In this document: positions 22,591 through 36,790 of the stretch, one piece after another
Position numbering within the stretch: the first letter of the stretch is position 1
Layout of the letters: each line of letters starts with the position of its first letter
Assembly (NCBI GenBank): GCA_032718475.1
Contig: JAUCBJ010008854.1
Coordinates: 9,746 to 73,745 of the forward strand
Length of the DNA: 64,000 nt
Origin: Nemertoderma westbladi
Taxonomy: Eukaryota > Animalia > Xenacoelomorpha
Reading direction: 5' to 3'
Notes under the pieces: generated by a model
Seen by the model: only the letters and a program-made list of their open reading frames with translations
The model's database searches: none
Told to the model about the DNA's origin: nothing
Made by a program: the position numbers and the translations under genes

Positions 22591-24511
22591 TGTCTGCATT
22601 CCGGTGGATTTTCGCCTTTAACCTCGTTTTTCCCGGGCTTGTAATCGGGATCATCTTCATCTTCGTCCTCACCTTCGTACTCATCACCCTCGTCCTCCTC
22701 TTCCTCAATATCCTCATCAACCTGGGCTTCCCCGGTGAAGTAGAACACGGCCTGTAAAGAATCAGATTAACATTATTAACTAGGCCAATATTTGTAATAT
22801 AATCTCACCAACATATTGGTGTTGCGTAATTACATTACATACAAACAAGCAAGCAAACAGTCGGCCGAGGCCTGAGGCGATAGCTGCTACCCGAAGGTGG
22901 GGGTGGGCGCAACTCATAACTCATTTTCAGGTCCCAGTAATTCAACTGGTCGTTATATTATCGACCCCACTATTAACTTGTTTATAAACGAAGCTACGAT
23001 TTAAGACTAGCATGTTAGGCTAATTACTAATTAGATATTATTAATATCTTTAACATCCAAAGATTGGGAAAATATGCATTTTAAGTGCGAAGGGAAGGGA
23101 AGTTTATTTACAAGAAGTAGAATTCGAAAATCACGATATACAGTAAATAACAAATGGCGAACAACTAACTTTTCTTTTTCAAGTCAGATCTGCATAAACG
23201 TAAGACTAAATGGATGAATTTAAACAATAGATTAGGCAGTAGGCAGTAGGAGGGTTTACCTTGGGGAGAATCCTGTCCCGGAACAGAATCGCGATATCGA
23301 AATCGGCCTCCATCATCTGTTCGAGTTCGGGGCCCTCGTCACCGCCGTCCCCCCGGGGCCCCTCGAAGAAGTTAAAGAAACTGCAGTTGGGTACTGTCTT
23401 GGATACAGTCCTCGTCTGCCCTTGCGATTTGTGTTTCTGCTTCTTCTTTATGGTCTTTACCGTCACGTTCTTCCCTTTCTTCCAATCGATTTTACAACCG
23501 ATTAGACTCTTTATCTGCGCGCCCTCGTAATTAATAACGTCCTCCAATGTGTCGGACGGCCCGTATTCCATAAGGTAGAGTTTGCTAAGGACAGTGTTGT
23601 TAAAGAACTCGTTGGGAGAGAAATGGAAGTCTAGAGAGAAGTTAGGAGAGACGTGTCCGGGACAATCCAATCGCACTCGAATGTCTACGAGGTTCTTCAG
23701 AATGGGTTCATCGTGTTCCAAGATGAGTTCCGCTACCATTTCAATGCTCTTTAAGGTTGTCAACCAGAACTCCGGGATGCCAACCTCGGCGTCTCTCTTC
23801 TCCTCCGTCTCCTCCCCAACAACCTCCGGCCATTCGCTCAACTCCCACTTGGATTCCTCCTCGGATGGTTCCACCGCCCCGGTGATAAACCCTCGTCGTT
23901 TCTCGTAGATTTCGTCGAACTTTGCCTGGAATCTCTTCTCTAACTCGTGGACTTCCTTGTAGAAATCCGCCTCAACTGTCACCTGTCGAAAGGAATGAAT
24001 ATGCAATGCAGATAGGCCTACGCAGATAGGGATAACAAGAAAAAAAGATAACTAAAGTTTACATTAAAGTCATTAAACAAATATTAATGCATGAAATATC
24101 GTAGACATGGGCTTAACGAATGACATTATGATAGTGATACTTATTATTATTAAACATAGGCCCTAATGCATAAAGCGCCATATATCGGTATACGGTTCAG
24201 TTGACATGCTTATGTTAGGTTAGGCCTACCTGTTTGTGACACAGACATCTCAGAGCATCAACTCGTCTCTTTACTTCCGTCGGTAGACTCTCAATGTATC
24301 CGCTACTCTGGCCAACCAGAGCGTCCAGTTTCCCTTGGATCGCGGCCAGAGCTTGAGGAGATTTCAGGAGGTCCGGTATCACGGTCGACTTCTCGCCGGG
24401 GCCCTTCGCCGGAGAGGGTTCTGAACTTGCCGCGTCGCCGGATTCCGTCGGTACGTCTTCTTCGCACTGGTTTGGTGCGTCGATTAAGGGTTCACCGTCG
24501 TTAGCTGACAT
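22584..24511 (-). CDS. NAP1L1: Nucleosome assembly protein 1-like, 3 coding exons (24511-24230, 23982-23260, 22751-22584), ~390 aa
   Basis: GYIESLP..VKRRV, GIPEFWLT, IDWKKGKNVT..KKQKHK, SFFNFF, AVFYFTGEA, acidic tail, C-terminal CRQQ prenylation-type motif. Two phase-0 GT-AG introns restore one frame. Confidence 0.93.
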
Positions 24512-24846
24512 CTTAAGGTCTTATAATTAATTATACACTCGATAACACTAGTTAACCTTTTTACCAGTACTGCAGTACTGCAGTTAGGTGCTTACAGCTT
24601 ACTTTTCTGTCTGACTACAGACTAAGCTACAGTCCATTCGCACTTACGACCCTGAACAATATCGTATTCCATCAGCAAACTCGACTGAATTGTCAAAAAT
24701 AAATTATCACAAAGGGTAGTTCCGATATGGAACTATGGCTTCCACCACGTAGTCAATGCCAATAATAAAATAACTAAGTTAACTTTTATTTTGCCGTTGC
24801 AACAGGTTCATGAAATTATTGATTATATTATCAATACTACTTATTG

Positions 24847-27420
24847 CGGTAGGTGCTAAAATGCACAACGAGCAACAATGACCAACAACGAGCTGACGAG
24901 CAACAATGATCAACAATGAGCAACAACGAGCAACAACCAACAACGAGCAACAATGACAAACAACGAGCAACAATGACCAACAATGAGCAACAACGAGCAA
25001 CAATGACAAACAACGAGCAACAACGAGCAATAATAAAGTACAACAACGACAGAACGAGTAACAATGAGAGCAACAACGAGCAACAATGAGCAACAATGAG
25101 CAACAACGAGCAATAATAAAGTACAACAACGAGTAACAATGAGTAACAACGAGCCACAATGACCAACAACGAGCAGTAATAATGTACAACAACAAGCAAC
25201 AATGACCAACAATGAGCAACAACGAGCAACAATGAGAAATAATGAGCAACAACGAGCAATAATAAAGTACAACAACGAGTAACAATGAGCAACAATGAGC
25301 AACAACGTCGCGTTAATTTAATTGTTAATTGTCGCGTTATGGCTAATCTATTGTCTTGGTTTTACATAGGGAATCATCAACATCAATCATCATCAATATT
25401 GTTCTGTTCCAAGTCAAAAGAATCCCGTAATCTTACTACATATATATCTACTTGTGGCGGTTAACTTCAAAGTCCTAAGTCCTAAATCCTAAGTCGTAAT
25501 CGAATAAATTTAGTTGAATTTCCGTTAGTTCGATCTACTGTAAACTGCCCAACAAAATGCACTGTAGATAGGCCTAACCCAATCGTGACATTCCCCTAAC
25601 ATTAAGCAATAATACTAATACAGTAAGAAGTGCTGAAGTAATGAACAATGAAGCTATTAGCAGGGGCGTAGGCTGGCAGACAGGGGGGTAGATACTGGTT
25701 TCTAGGCCCGAATGATGTCCGTTAACCTTAACTCTGTAATACAGTAGGCCTAACACCTAACTGGGCACAATCTACTGAACGGAACCTTTGCTCAATTGAC
25801 CAGGACCCGTTGACCGGACCCATTGATATTTAAAGGCAGAAAAGAGCAGGCAGCAGATTAGTAAAGGACCAGGTTACAGAGGCGTGTTCAAGTGTTGGCG
25901 TTGGTGGGAACCAAAACAATAAACGAAAGTTAAGACATGTTACAAGATTATGGGTACGGTCACAAAAGGCTGAGGTAATAAGGGTCCGGTCAACACAAGT
26001 AAAATATAAATCAAATATAAAGCTTCAACATATAAATAAAAATTTAATAGGCCTAAAGTAAATAACTAATCAAATACAAAATAGGCTTGGCCTACCCCCA
26101 TCCCCCAAGCTATACAGTAGTCTGTAACTGTAATATAGAAATAGAAACGCTAGGCAGACTTCAGCTTCAGGACTGCCGGGCAATCAGGTCACTGTCCAAG
26201 TCCAACTGTATAAAATACAAAATAATAATACGAAAACCAGTTCACACTTCACAGTACCGTATATCAGACAGTCAGAACCAGATAATAGGTTGAGGTAAGT
26301 TTCAACGACACTACCCGAACAGAACAAGACTGAAATCAGGTAAACTGATAAATATTTGTAGGCCTACCGGTCCATACAGGTATAGCAGTATTGTGCACCA
26401 TCTTGATGACATTGCGGGTATGGAAGCATTTTTTATTAAGTTCTTGGTTGGGAATTTATTTATTGGATTACTGGGATACTTATACTGCATAAGTATAATG
26501 AATGTATTGCTCGTTGTTGCTCGTTGTTGCTCATTGTTGCTCGTTGTTGTTCATTGTTGCTCGTTGTTGTACTTTCGTTGTTGCTCATTGTTGCTCGTTG
26601 TTGCTTCATTGTTGCTCGTTGTTGCTCATTGTTGCTCGTTGTTGCTCATTGTTGCTCATTGTTGCTCGTTGTTGCTCATTGTTGCTCATTATTGCTCGTT
26701 GTTGATCATTGTTGCTCGTTGTTGGTCATTGTTGCTCCTTGTCGCTCATTGTTGCTCGTTGTTGCTCATTGTTGCTCGTTGTTGCTCATTGTTGCTCGTT
26801 GTTGCTCATTGTTGCTCGTTGTTGCTCATTGTTGCTCGTTGTTGCTCAGTTGTTGCTCATTGTTGCTCGTTGTTGCTCATTGTTGCTCGTTGTTGCTCAT
26901 TGTTGCTCGTTGTTGCTCGTTGTTGGTCATTGTTGCTCATTGTTACTCGTTGTTGTACTTTATTATTGCTCGTTGTTGCTCATTGTTGCTAGTTGTTGCT
27001 CATTGTTGCTCGTTGTTACTCATTGTTGCTCATTGTTGCTCCGTTGTTGCTCATTGTTGCTCGTTGTTGCTCGTTGTTGCTCATTGTTGCTCGTTGTTGC
27101 TGCATTGTTGCTCGTTGTTGCCATTGTTGCATCGTTGTTGCTCGTTGTTGCTCGTTGTTGGTCATTGTTGCTCATTGTTACTCGTTGTTGTACTTTATTA
27201 TTGCTCGTTGTTGCTCATTGTTGCTCGTTGTTGGGTGCTCATCGTTGTTGCTCGTTGTTGGTCATTGTTGCTCATTGTTACTCGTTGTTGTACTTTATTA
27301 TTGCTCGTTGTTGCTCGTTGTTGCTCGTTGTTGCTCGTTGTTGCTCATTGTTGCTCGTTGTTTGCTCATTGTTGTTCGTTGTTGGTCATTGTTGCTCGTT
27401 GTGCATTTTAGCACCTACCG
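24847..27420. mobile_element. Foldback-like element with inverted arms of ~10-bp repeats (CAACAATGAG/CAACAACGAG)
   Basis: Termini CGGTAGGTGCTAAAATGCACAACGAGC and its reverse complement. Arms at 24847-25306 and ~26507-27420 flank a ~1.2-kb spacer. No TSD found. Confidence 0.7.
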
Positions 27421-27429
27421 ATAACCACT

Positions 27430-28040
27430 GGGAAAAGAAAAGGAGATACCAGTACTGAAAATAGCGGGAACATTTGAAATATATTGTTCTTAAACTTTAA
27501 ATGCGTTTATCTCGGAATTAAATTTTTCACATTCAAAATACTACTACTCAGCCATTTCTTAACCAAATTTCGAAATTTTTTTTTGTTTGATTTCTTTTCG
27601 GGTTTTGATCAAAAGTAATCGGTTAGAATTTTGAATTGTGCCATATTAATTTCTTGAAATTAGTTAATATCTATTAAGTAATAATTAATATTAGTTAATA
27701 ATGTTTAAAAAATATTTAAGACCTAAATAAAAAATGTAACCGATAAGTTTTGTGGAGCCGAGGATGCTGATTCAGAAAAACCAAGTTTGAAAATTTTCGC
27801 CCAAAATTGTGAGACTAGTAGTGTTTTTAGTGAAATTAACAATTTCGCTGGTGGCCGCTAGAGGGCCACTCAAATTTAAAATTTTTTTTTTGAACCCAAT
27901 ATTTGGCCATATGTTAATCCCCCGAAAGGTATAAAATATTCAAAACTACACACAAAGCAGAAAATATAGCCATTTGCAAAAAAGGTCCATAGGGGGGTGT
28001 ACCCCCCCCCCCTCCCCCTCCCCCCCCCCCCCCCCCTTAA
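27430..28040. mobile_element. Probable non-autonomous DNA transposon end (Kolobok-like, C-run followed by TTAA)
   Basis: Ends GGGGGGTGTACCCC...CCTTAA. The partner terminus is not seen. Confidence 0.3.
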
Positions 28041-29954
28041 CAGTACATTGGTGTAAATCAGTACTTTGACAATCAACTATGATTTCTACGCATCAGCCAA
28101 CATGTTACAACAACAAAGCAGAATACTGAACAAAGAGATGTCGCAATGCAGCATAAAAAATGCCCAGCACTCGAATGCAAATAATTTTTAGAACCCTGAA
28201 TCATAGCGATCTATTGTAGCAGCTTCCAATCAAAATCGTAGTTACTATATATTTGTTTACTAGAGTTCAACGGTGTGAAGAAAATAAAAAGGGCTCTTAA
28301 TTGGCCTATAGGGGCTGTTGCGCTGTCAGTCAGAGAGGTAACAAACAGCCCATGGGGTAAGGATTTACCCATGGGGCACTAACTATCAGATAGTCTGATA
28401 CCAACTGTCAGACAGTCTTTTTCAACTATCAGATAGATGATCGCCCAGTTACAAGTTGCCCGATAGTTGTATTTTTTAAACCCCGAGTGTTGTTGACCGA
28501 GTCTGTTACTTCAGAAACCGTTAAACGTGGTGCCGGTGCCGGAATTCTGGCTTTGATTAAAAACACTGAACTGCTGAGCGATGGCGGAATCTACGAAACC
28601 CGGCTGGATTCCTAATCCTAGGAGGCGACGGAGTCAATTAAACGTAACAATGAAACGATCGCGATGGACAATGGACTGATGGATTCTATTCAATGTATCC
28701 AGAACGATACGATGGCGGCGGAGTCTATTACAGTATTAAACACGCAACCAAAGTGATCAGATGATGGCGAAGTAATCTACAAAACAGAGAACGACAGGAA
28801 GGCGATGGAGTTTCTGAGTTTATTAAACCCAGTAAGATGTGCATAGCGAAGCGATCGAGACGGATAACGGAGTCTATTACAGTATTAACCACGTAACCAA
28901 AGCGATCAGACGATGGCGAAGTAATCTACAAAACAGAGAAAGGAAGGCGATGGAGTTTATTATACCCAGTAAGATGGTGCATAGCGAAGCGATCGAGACG
29001 TATAACATATAACGGAATCTATTACAGAATTAAACCTGGAATGAAGACGGTGGAATCTATAGGCCTAAACCTGGAACAATGCGAACAAGGCTACTCTAAA
29101 GTTAGACTAGACTGGTTTGTGAGATTAACTTGCCAATACTAACTCAATACAATTTGCTTTCTTCGAATTCCTAATAATATATTTTAATCTTAATAATAAA
29201 TTATTCAACATCAATTATTTTATAAGTCTTGTCAATGTATAAGATTGCTAAAGACGAAAGAGCTAACTTTAGGAAGATCTGCCTTATATTTTTAGAATTA
29301 TTATAATTAATTTTGTTATGTTTATAATGAATTGTATCTTTTGACAGACTACTTGATGTGCGACCGTGATAATAAAATTTAATGGTGCCGAAATATTTTC
29401 ACTTACTTAACTGCAGGGGGGGGCAATCAATATTCTTCCCTCTCCAGGTGAAAATCGACGCAAATAACAGCTTGTTTACTACTAAAATAAAACTGCATCC
29501 TGTTCTATAGGAAAAAACATTATAAGGGAAACTTTAGCAAGTTGTGTTTATTTTAGCCGATAGACAAGACTACATGTTTACCAAGTTTGGTATAATTTAG
29601 TCAAAGATTGAATAAGTTACGATTTTAAATTATCAGTGGAGGGTGAAGGCGCCGGGCCAGGATTCAGTTATACTTGAATAAATAATAGTGATTAAACCAA
29701 GCAGCCAAGGGATACGCGATATATGACACTGCTGTATAAGTTCATTGAATGACTGTTGATTTCGAAACATTTAATTCAAATCTATATAAATGTTAATATA
29801 ATGTTGGATTTTTTTTTGTAATAATTAACAGATGAATTATATTATTTCATTAATTTATTTTTTTTATCTAATCACATTATTAAATAACAAAGCACAGAAA
29901 TAATACTACGATTGAATATTTAATTGAAGGTACAGTACCGAATTGAATATTTGA

Positions 29955-30156
29955 ATGGGAGTATCTTTTAGGCTCGTTAAGCCAAGGAATGCCTGTTCAC
30001 CACCATGGGTGATCTTCCACAGTAAACCCTTCCACTCTGTTTCCCAAGTTGCCTTGGTTCCCAATCGACCACTGAAGGATGAAAGCCGGGGTTGGGCTAG
30101 GCTGCAGCATTTAAAGCACTGTGCCCAAACAGTACTGCCCCATCTAGGGATCGAAC
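29955..30156 (-). mobile_element. 5'-truncated tRNA-derived SINE with 13-bp TSD
   Basis: The minus strand starts at the B-box GTTCGATCCC. TSD ATTGAATATTTGA at 29942-29954 and 30157-30169. Confidence 0.6.
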
Positions 30157-30169
30157 ATTGAATATTTGA

Positions 30170-30600
30170 GATTGCATAAGATAGAGTATTGAATATCTTT
30201 GGCCGTCATCCCGTTGGTGACTGCATTGCCTACCATTTCGACAGTTTCGATTGGTTTTGGCTCTTCAGTCCCCGAATAGACCGATGGTCGGCGTGGTTGC
30301 TGTCCCCATGACTGAGGCTGCATTACCAACCAAAATTGCCATCTCCAGGCGTTGGAGCAGAAACTGGTGTGACCGCGGTTCGTGGGTGGCACTGTGTAGA
30401 CGAGCCCCGATCTCCCGTGGGAAGGTGGATGTCTCTGGACCAGGGCGGCCAAAGGTCTCAAAGGCCACAGGGTGAAATAAATGGCCCCGGTCCATTAGGT
30501 CGCGATACTTAGAGTTTTTAATGCGCTCCGCCCCCTTAGCTGAGTGCCCCTCGGCAATTATGGTTTGTTGAAGGTGGCTGGGGTCAGTGGATCTAGTAAG
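30170..30600 (-). mobile_element. 3' end of a CRE-like (RLE) non-LTR retrotransposon
   Basis: FHPVAFETFG..FLLQRLEMAILVGNAASVMGT is typical of CRE-clade restriction-like endonuclease C-termini. Confidence 0.7.
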
Positions 30601-32011
30601 AATTAACGCAAAGATATGATTAAGTAGGCCTATGTGATATTACTGTATTAATTTCTCAAACCAAACCTATCCATTGACGTCAAATATATCCAATTTCTCC
30701 ATCCAAACAAATCCGTATGTAATAATGCAGTAATGTACACTGTAATGCAATACCGGTAATGTCAATGTCCAACCAAACAATGCGTTGGTGTTATCAGACC
30801 AGCCTCTGACGTCTGAGAACCCCGTTGGTGTTATCGGACCAGCCTCTGAGAAATGTTAGGCTAACGGCACTTCGCTCTGTCGCATCAGTTTTGTAGTGGT
30901 CAGGTGGTCTATGGTCTAGTTCCAGGCTACCAGAATCCGTTAGGCCTAGTGCATGACAGCATGATATAGAATCAGCATATTATCGTGACATCTGTGCAAC
31001 TCCTGAACTCACGTGAGCATTTTACAGATGGTGGTCTAATTTATATGGTCTTGTACCGCGAAACCGTGTATTATTTACAGATGTAGGCTAAATTTCGGGT
31101 CTTGTACCGTGCACAGTACTGGTGGGCCTACACAGCTACTGCTATTTTGCCTAATACAGGTCCCAGAGGTAAATCCTTACCCCACAGGCTGTTACCTCTC
31201 TGACTGACAGCGCAAACAGCCCTCACTCTAATTGGCCGCATTCCAACCACTAAAAAAGAGGCAAGGGAATGCCGAAAGTGAATACCGAAAGTGAACACGG
31301 CAGGGCGTGTGGCTTTTATGCTTTTATAAACACTACTTAGATATTCATGAGTTTATAAATCTTATCTAAATACTCCATCAGTTCTATGGCTTTGGAGTAG
31401 GATGGAGCATTGCTAATAAAATGTGAGTTTTTGTCGCAAAAGCTTTAACATATTAACAAGTATATATCGAGTGTTAATAATAATAGTAGGCGTAGCGTTT
31501 ACTTATGTTATAGTTATGATTTGCTGATATTTTAATAAATGTTTAATGTAGGACACATTACACATCTTTCTTTATACCAAATACTTATACTGAATCGTCA
31601 ATCGTTGTTTGTTTTGCACACATAAGTGATTTATAGCATGGTGCCTTCGCCTTGCCTATGGGTTGTCTAGCCTCCTCATCCTTATACATTTGTACTTTTA
31701 TTTGCAATTTTCATATTAATATGTTTTAATAAAGAGTGTTGTGGTTATAAATAACATAATAATCAAGATATGTGCCAGTGCCACGCCATGTAGGCTGCGC
31801 GTAGAAGCGCAGGTTTACCCATACTTCCTTACAGTACATCATAGACTTGTCAGCCTGTACTACACTGCTGCTATACGGTAAAACGAACTTAGATCCCGCA
31901 AGGCCTGACTTTGATAAACTTAGATCTTTCCGAACTTTAATGTCCTATCTGAGTGAACTTAGATATCCTAACTAGGTGAATTTAGATCCTAACTAGGTGA
32001 ACTTAGATTGA

Positions 32012-32166
32012 TTTATGAGCGATTGGCGAACGATAACCATACTTTATTTATTTTTTAATAAATAATTAAATTTTTAAAATTTTTGAAAAACTCCGGCTCC
32101 GGCCAAATTGCTCAACTCCGGCTCCTGCTCCGGCACCGGCCAAATCCCAACTCTGATCGAGCCCTA
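32012..32166 (-). mobile_element. Isolated inverted left end of the same hAT family as 33770
   Basis: Reverse complement of ~33770-33935 (…CCAAATCCCAACTCTGATCGAGCCCTA). Confidence 0.8.
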
Positions 32167-32171
32167 ATTTC

Positions 32172-33373
32172 GGGTAAATCTTTTCGACCTACGCGTAGGC
32201 CTACGCGTAGCTACGCGTAGCTACGCGTAGCTACGCGTAGTTTGTAACTTCCATTCCTGTCATTTACCGGCAGGGCCAGACTTACTGCCTATTTAACAAC
32301 TACGCGTAGGTGTTTTAAAACTACGCGTAGTTATTTTGGAACTACGCGCAGGTATTTTGAAACTACGCGTAGGTGCTACGCGTAGCTACGCGTAGGTGCT
32401 ACGCGTAGCAGTCCTGATAACAATGATTTTTCATTTCAGGTCCGGTAGGGTTGAGTTGTTAGGCAAGTATCGGTATATTTCAGGTATCTGATTATCAGAC
32501 AAATGTAATAACAGAATCGGAAACTCATATCTCGACATACAGCACTGGTAATAAATAATATTCGGCTCTTTCACAAACAAACACAGAATGAATAAAAAGT
32601 AAACTTAAAATTCACGTCTCATGATTCAAGTATCTTTGTTTCCATTGGATTATTTAAATATTGAACAGTACTGTAGTAAATAAAGCGACCAGTCTACCGG
32701 TGAAGAGGTTAAACGAAAGCAGATAAATACTGCATATAATCAAATTGTTTGGTCAAATAACAAGTGCAACCAATCATGGTAGACAATTTAGTCTCCTCCT
32801 TCCCTTGTCAAGGGGTTTTAACATATTAAATACAGTATATCCTTGCCCTATCGTGAACAAAGGCAATAAAAAGCATAGAGAATCGATAAGAACCATCGGC
32901 CTATTTCCTTTGTAAACTATTTTTGAACTCTAAACATTAATTATTAACACATTTTAACGCCCGCAACGCATGAAGTGAAGAGTATGTAGTCTTAGCGTAT
33001 TCCTCTATTGAGTAGAGTATACATGTATTACTGTTGAAAGCATTTGATGGTTGTGGGTTGTTTATTGAACATACCGTATTTGTGTCTTATTTTAGTACTG
33101 ACTCGCTTCGAATACGTAGGCCTACTAATGATAAACGACGTATAGGCATAGTTATGGGTAGCACCTACGCGTAGGTATACGTAGCAACTACGCGTAGTTA
33201 TACGTAGCATCTACGCGTAGTTATACGTAGCATCTACGCGTAGGTCGCGTAGGACCTACGCGTAGCTACGCGTAGCACTTACGCGTAGTTATTGTTAAAA
33301 CTCTGAAACTGGTGATATATGACCCATTGTTGCGAACTACGCGTAGCTACGCGTAGGTCGAAAATATTTACCC
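32172..33373. mobile_element. MITE with palindromic CTACGCGTAG subterminal repeats
   Basis: TIR GGGTAAATCTTTTCGACCTACGCGTAG / CTACGCGTAGGTCGAAAATATTTACCC; 8-9-bp TSD (C)CTAATTTC. Confidence 0.85.
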
Positions 33374-36300
33374 CTAATTTCCAGGTATTGGTATATACCG
33401 ATACCCCTACCGGTATGCTGGTATACAGGTATAGGCTACCAGCAACCAGTACTGTAGACAGTCATAGTCAGACAGTAGCCTACTGCAGTACTGGTATACT
33501 AACTACTGAACTACTAACAGATTCGATTAGATTATGTATGTTATCATGTACGGTACATTACTGCATTATGCATTACTGCATTATATGTTATACCTAGGTA
33601 AATTAGGCCTATTGTATTAGGCCTATAGGCCTACTGTATACATACACCCCACATACTACTGCTGTACTGTAGCCAGGTAGCTATGTAATTGTTTTGTATT
33701 GTTCTGTACAGATTATGACAGATTGTACCGGTAATTGTTTTCTAACTAAATAGGCTACAGTATCAGTAGTAGGGCTCGATCGGAGTTGGGATTTGGCCGG
33801 AGCCGGAGCAGGAGCCGGAGTTGGACAATTTGGCCGGAGCCGGAGCAGGAGCCGGAGTTTTTCAAAAATTTTAAAAATTTAATTATTTATTTAAAAAAAA
33901 ATAAAGTATGGTTATCGTTCGCCAATCGCTCATAATCAATCATACTGTAGGTCTAATTAATTTCATATTTATAGATTTACGAATTTTCAATTTAAAATTT
34001 AAGTAATTAATTTATCACAGACAAACGGCACGGCACGGCTTGACGATGACGGCGACGGCCTGATGCTGACGGCGACGGTGGACGGCCTGACGCTGACGGC
34101 TAAAAATTACCTACAGTACCTAACTCACTAACTCATAACTATCTACAGATCTAACTGTGGTAGAGGTGTGTACCGTAGGTAGCCTACCGTACGCTGGTAC
34201 GTGTACCAGTACCGCAGTACCAGAGTACAGTATGCTGGCATGACAGCAGTAAATGGCTGCAGTGGTACAGTCTGACAGTGTACAATCATAGCATTTACAA
34301 TTTTTTAAAGTAGGGCCTATCTGTCTGTCTGTAACAGTCTGCTAGTCAGCCAGCTGGCCAGTACCAGTACTGCAGTACAGTCAGTCAGTCATTGACTTTA
34401 AGTAAATACTGCAGTATTATCAGATTATACTTGATATTGAAGGGTTTGACTAAATACGCCACCGACAACCACCGACACCTTTCGCATACCACCGACAACC
34501 ACCGACAACAAAAGACACAAACCGACACAAACCGACAGGTAAGATCGCAAACCGACAGTATACCGACAACTTCGGCAATGTTAGTAAACTATTTCAGTAC
34601 ATGATTATACAATTTTTATTTCCAGTCCAAATATTTATAACAAAGCATATTGTCCACTGTCGGCCTGTTGTCGGTGGTGTAATTAGTCATGATAATTTCT
34701 TTAAAATATAATACCGCCTTCATATATTATCTTATTTTAAATTATTATATTGCATAGCGTAATGGTAAAAATCGCTAGTGTTTTTCATATGTCGGTGTGT
34801 TGCTATTATTATTAGTTTTTGTCGGTGGTAGTCAGACTGTTGTCGGTGGTAGTCAGACTTTTGTCAGTGGTATATTTCTGCGGTATCCGTTCTTAAACTT
34901 GGACATACAGTACAGTGCGATAGGCCCCTACAATGCCGAAATTTATTACTTTACATACAGCTGCACATTGTGTGACGTAATTGGTATTTACCTAAATGAC
35001 GTAAAGTAAAGTGAAGGAAGGAAACAAGAAGCAACGGAAACTCGTTTCTCTCTTGGATGTTACCGGAAAAGAATGGTTGCCCAACACAATCTCCCAAGGA
35101 TGACCACTTCATAACTATTCAACCTTTTCTGTATCCCCATAAGCCAGGCGGCATATTGTACTGTTGGATTTGTTAACATAAGACTTTGCCTTAACTGGCT
35201 TTAAAATTTGACTAAATACTACACCGACAACCACCGACACCTTTCGCATACCACCGACAACAAAAGACACAAACCGACACAAACCGACAGTTAAGATCGC
35301 AAACCGACAGTATACCGACAGCTTCGGCAATGTTAGTAAACTTTTTTAGTACATGATTATACAATTTTTATTCCCAGTCCAAATATTTATAACAAAGTAT
35401 ATTGTCCACTGTCGGCCTGTTGTCGGTGGTGTAATTAGTCATGATAATTTCTTTAAAATATAATATCGCCTTCATATATTATCTGTTTTAAATTATTATA
35501 TTGCATAGCGTAATGGTAAAAATCGTTAGTGTTTTTCATATGTTGGTGTGTTGCTAGTATTATTAGTTTTTGTCGGTGGTAGTCAGACTATTGTCGGTGG
35601 TAGTCAGACTATTGTCGGTGGTATATTTCTGCGGTATCAGTTCCTATACTCTAACATACAGTACAGTGCAATACAATTCCGAAATTTATTACTTTACATA
35701 CACCTGCACATTGTGTGACGTAATTGGTATTTACCTAAATGACGTAAAGTAAAGTGAAGGAAGGAAACAAGAAGCAACGGAAACTCGTTTCTCTCTTGGA
35801 TGTTACCGGAAAAGAATGGTTGCCCAACACAATCTCCCAAGGATGACCACTTCATAACTATTCAACCTTTTCTGTATCCCCATAAGCCAGGCGGCATATT
35901 GTACTGTTGGATTTGTTAACCTAAGACTTTGCCTTAACTGGCTTTAAAATTTATTGCTAATGCAGCTTTTTGTTTTCGTGTTGGCATTTACTGTATGGAA
36001 TTTGCGCAACCGAAACAAAAAACGGTGCCAGTTTATTGATTGATGAGTTGGTGGAAAATAATATTGATCGATTGGAAGATTGATTCATTAAATTATATAT
36101 TAGTTTAAGATATACCAGTTTTCCAAAATTAAATTAATTCTACATAACTGTAATAACGAACCTGCATGTATACAGTACATACAGGCGGGGTGAGTATTTT
36201 GTCAAAACTTATTGTCTCATGTATCTATCTATGTATGTATCCATCTGCCATAAATCAGCAGTTACTTACACAGTTTCGAGACTTCTCATACTGTAGTTAT

Positions 36301-36534
36301 AAAGGTCGTCGCCTGCGTAGAAAAAATATTTTATGACAAAACAGGACGAGCACAACGAGGCTTATAATGAAGAGTAGTACTAAATTGACTTTATACTTCT
36401 ATAAACCACCTGGTTTCGGATATTATTGAACACAATATACCACAGTTAGTTCAGTACCGGTAGTGGAATGTTGCATATATACATCTATATTAAGAATGAT
36501 ATGACGTCTTGTCGACAAACATACCAACCATGAC

Positions 36535-36790
36535 ATTTGCTAGATCTTCCGCATCTTCAAGGCCAGTGTCCTTTAAGATGCGTCTCAAGAAAATCATGGG
36601 CTGTCCACTATGGCTATTCACTCCATGAGGCCGTCAAAGCACAAGATTATGCACTGGCTGGTCCTCACGGCGAAAGCAATATCCTGCAAAGCGGAGACGC
36701 TTACGTTCAAGTGTCAAGCTTTGGGGGACTAGAGACACTTCCAATTTTTTATAGTGTATTATTGGAGATGAGTTCATTATACTATACAGT
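36535..36790 (-). mobile_element. Short 3' fragment of the RTE-like LINE
   Basis: Matches ~47580-47860 (AAGGCCAGTGTCCTTTAAGATGCGTCTCAAGAAA). Confidence 0.75.

Larger units (their letters stand above)
28312..31222. mobile_element. Old TIR DNA transposon (~55-bp imperfect TIRs) with nested SINE/LINE
   Basis: GGGCTGTTGCGCTGTCAGTCAGAGAGGTAAC..GGGGTAAGGATTTACC at 28312 is inverted at ~31168-31222. Degenerate internal tandem repeats at ~28570-29080. Confidence 0.65.

Noticed and set aside
24779-27458. Cys/Leu-rich ORFs (LLLVVAHCCS)
   Set aside because: Translations of ~10-bp repeats in the foldback arms.
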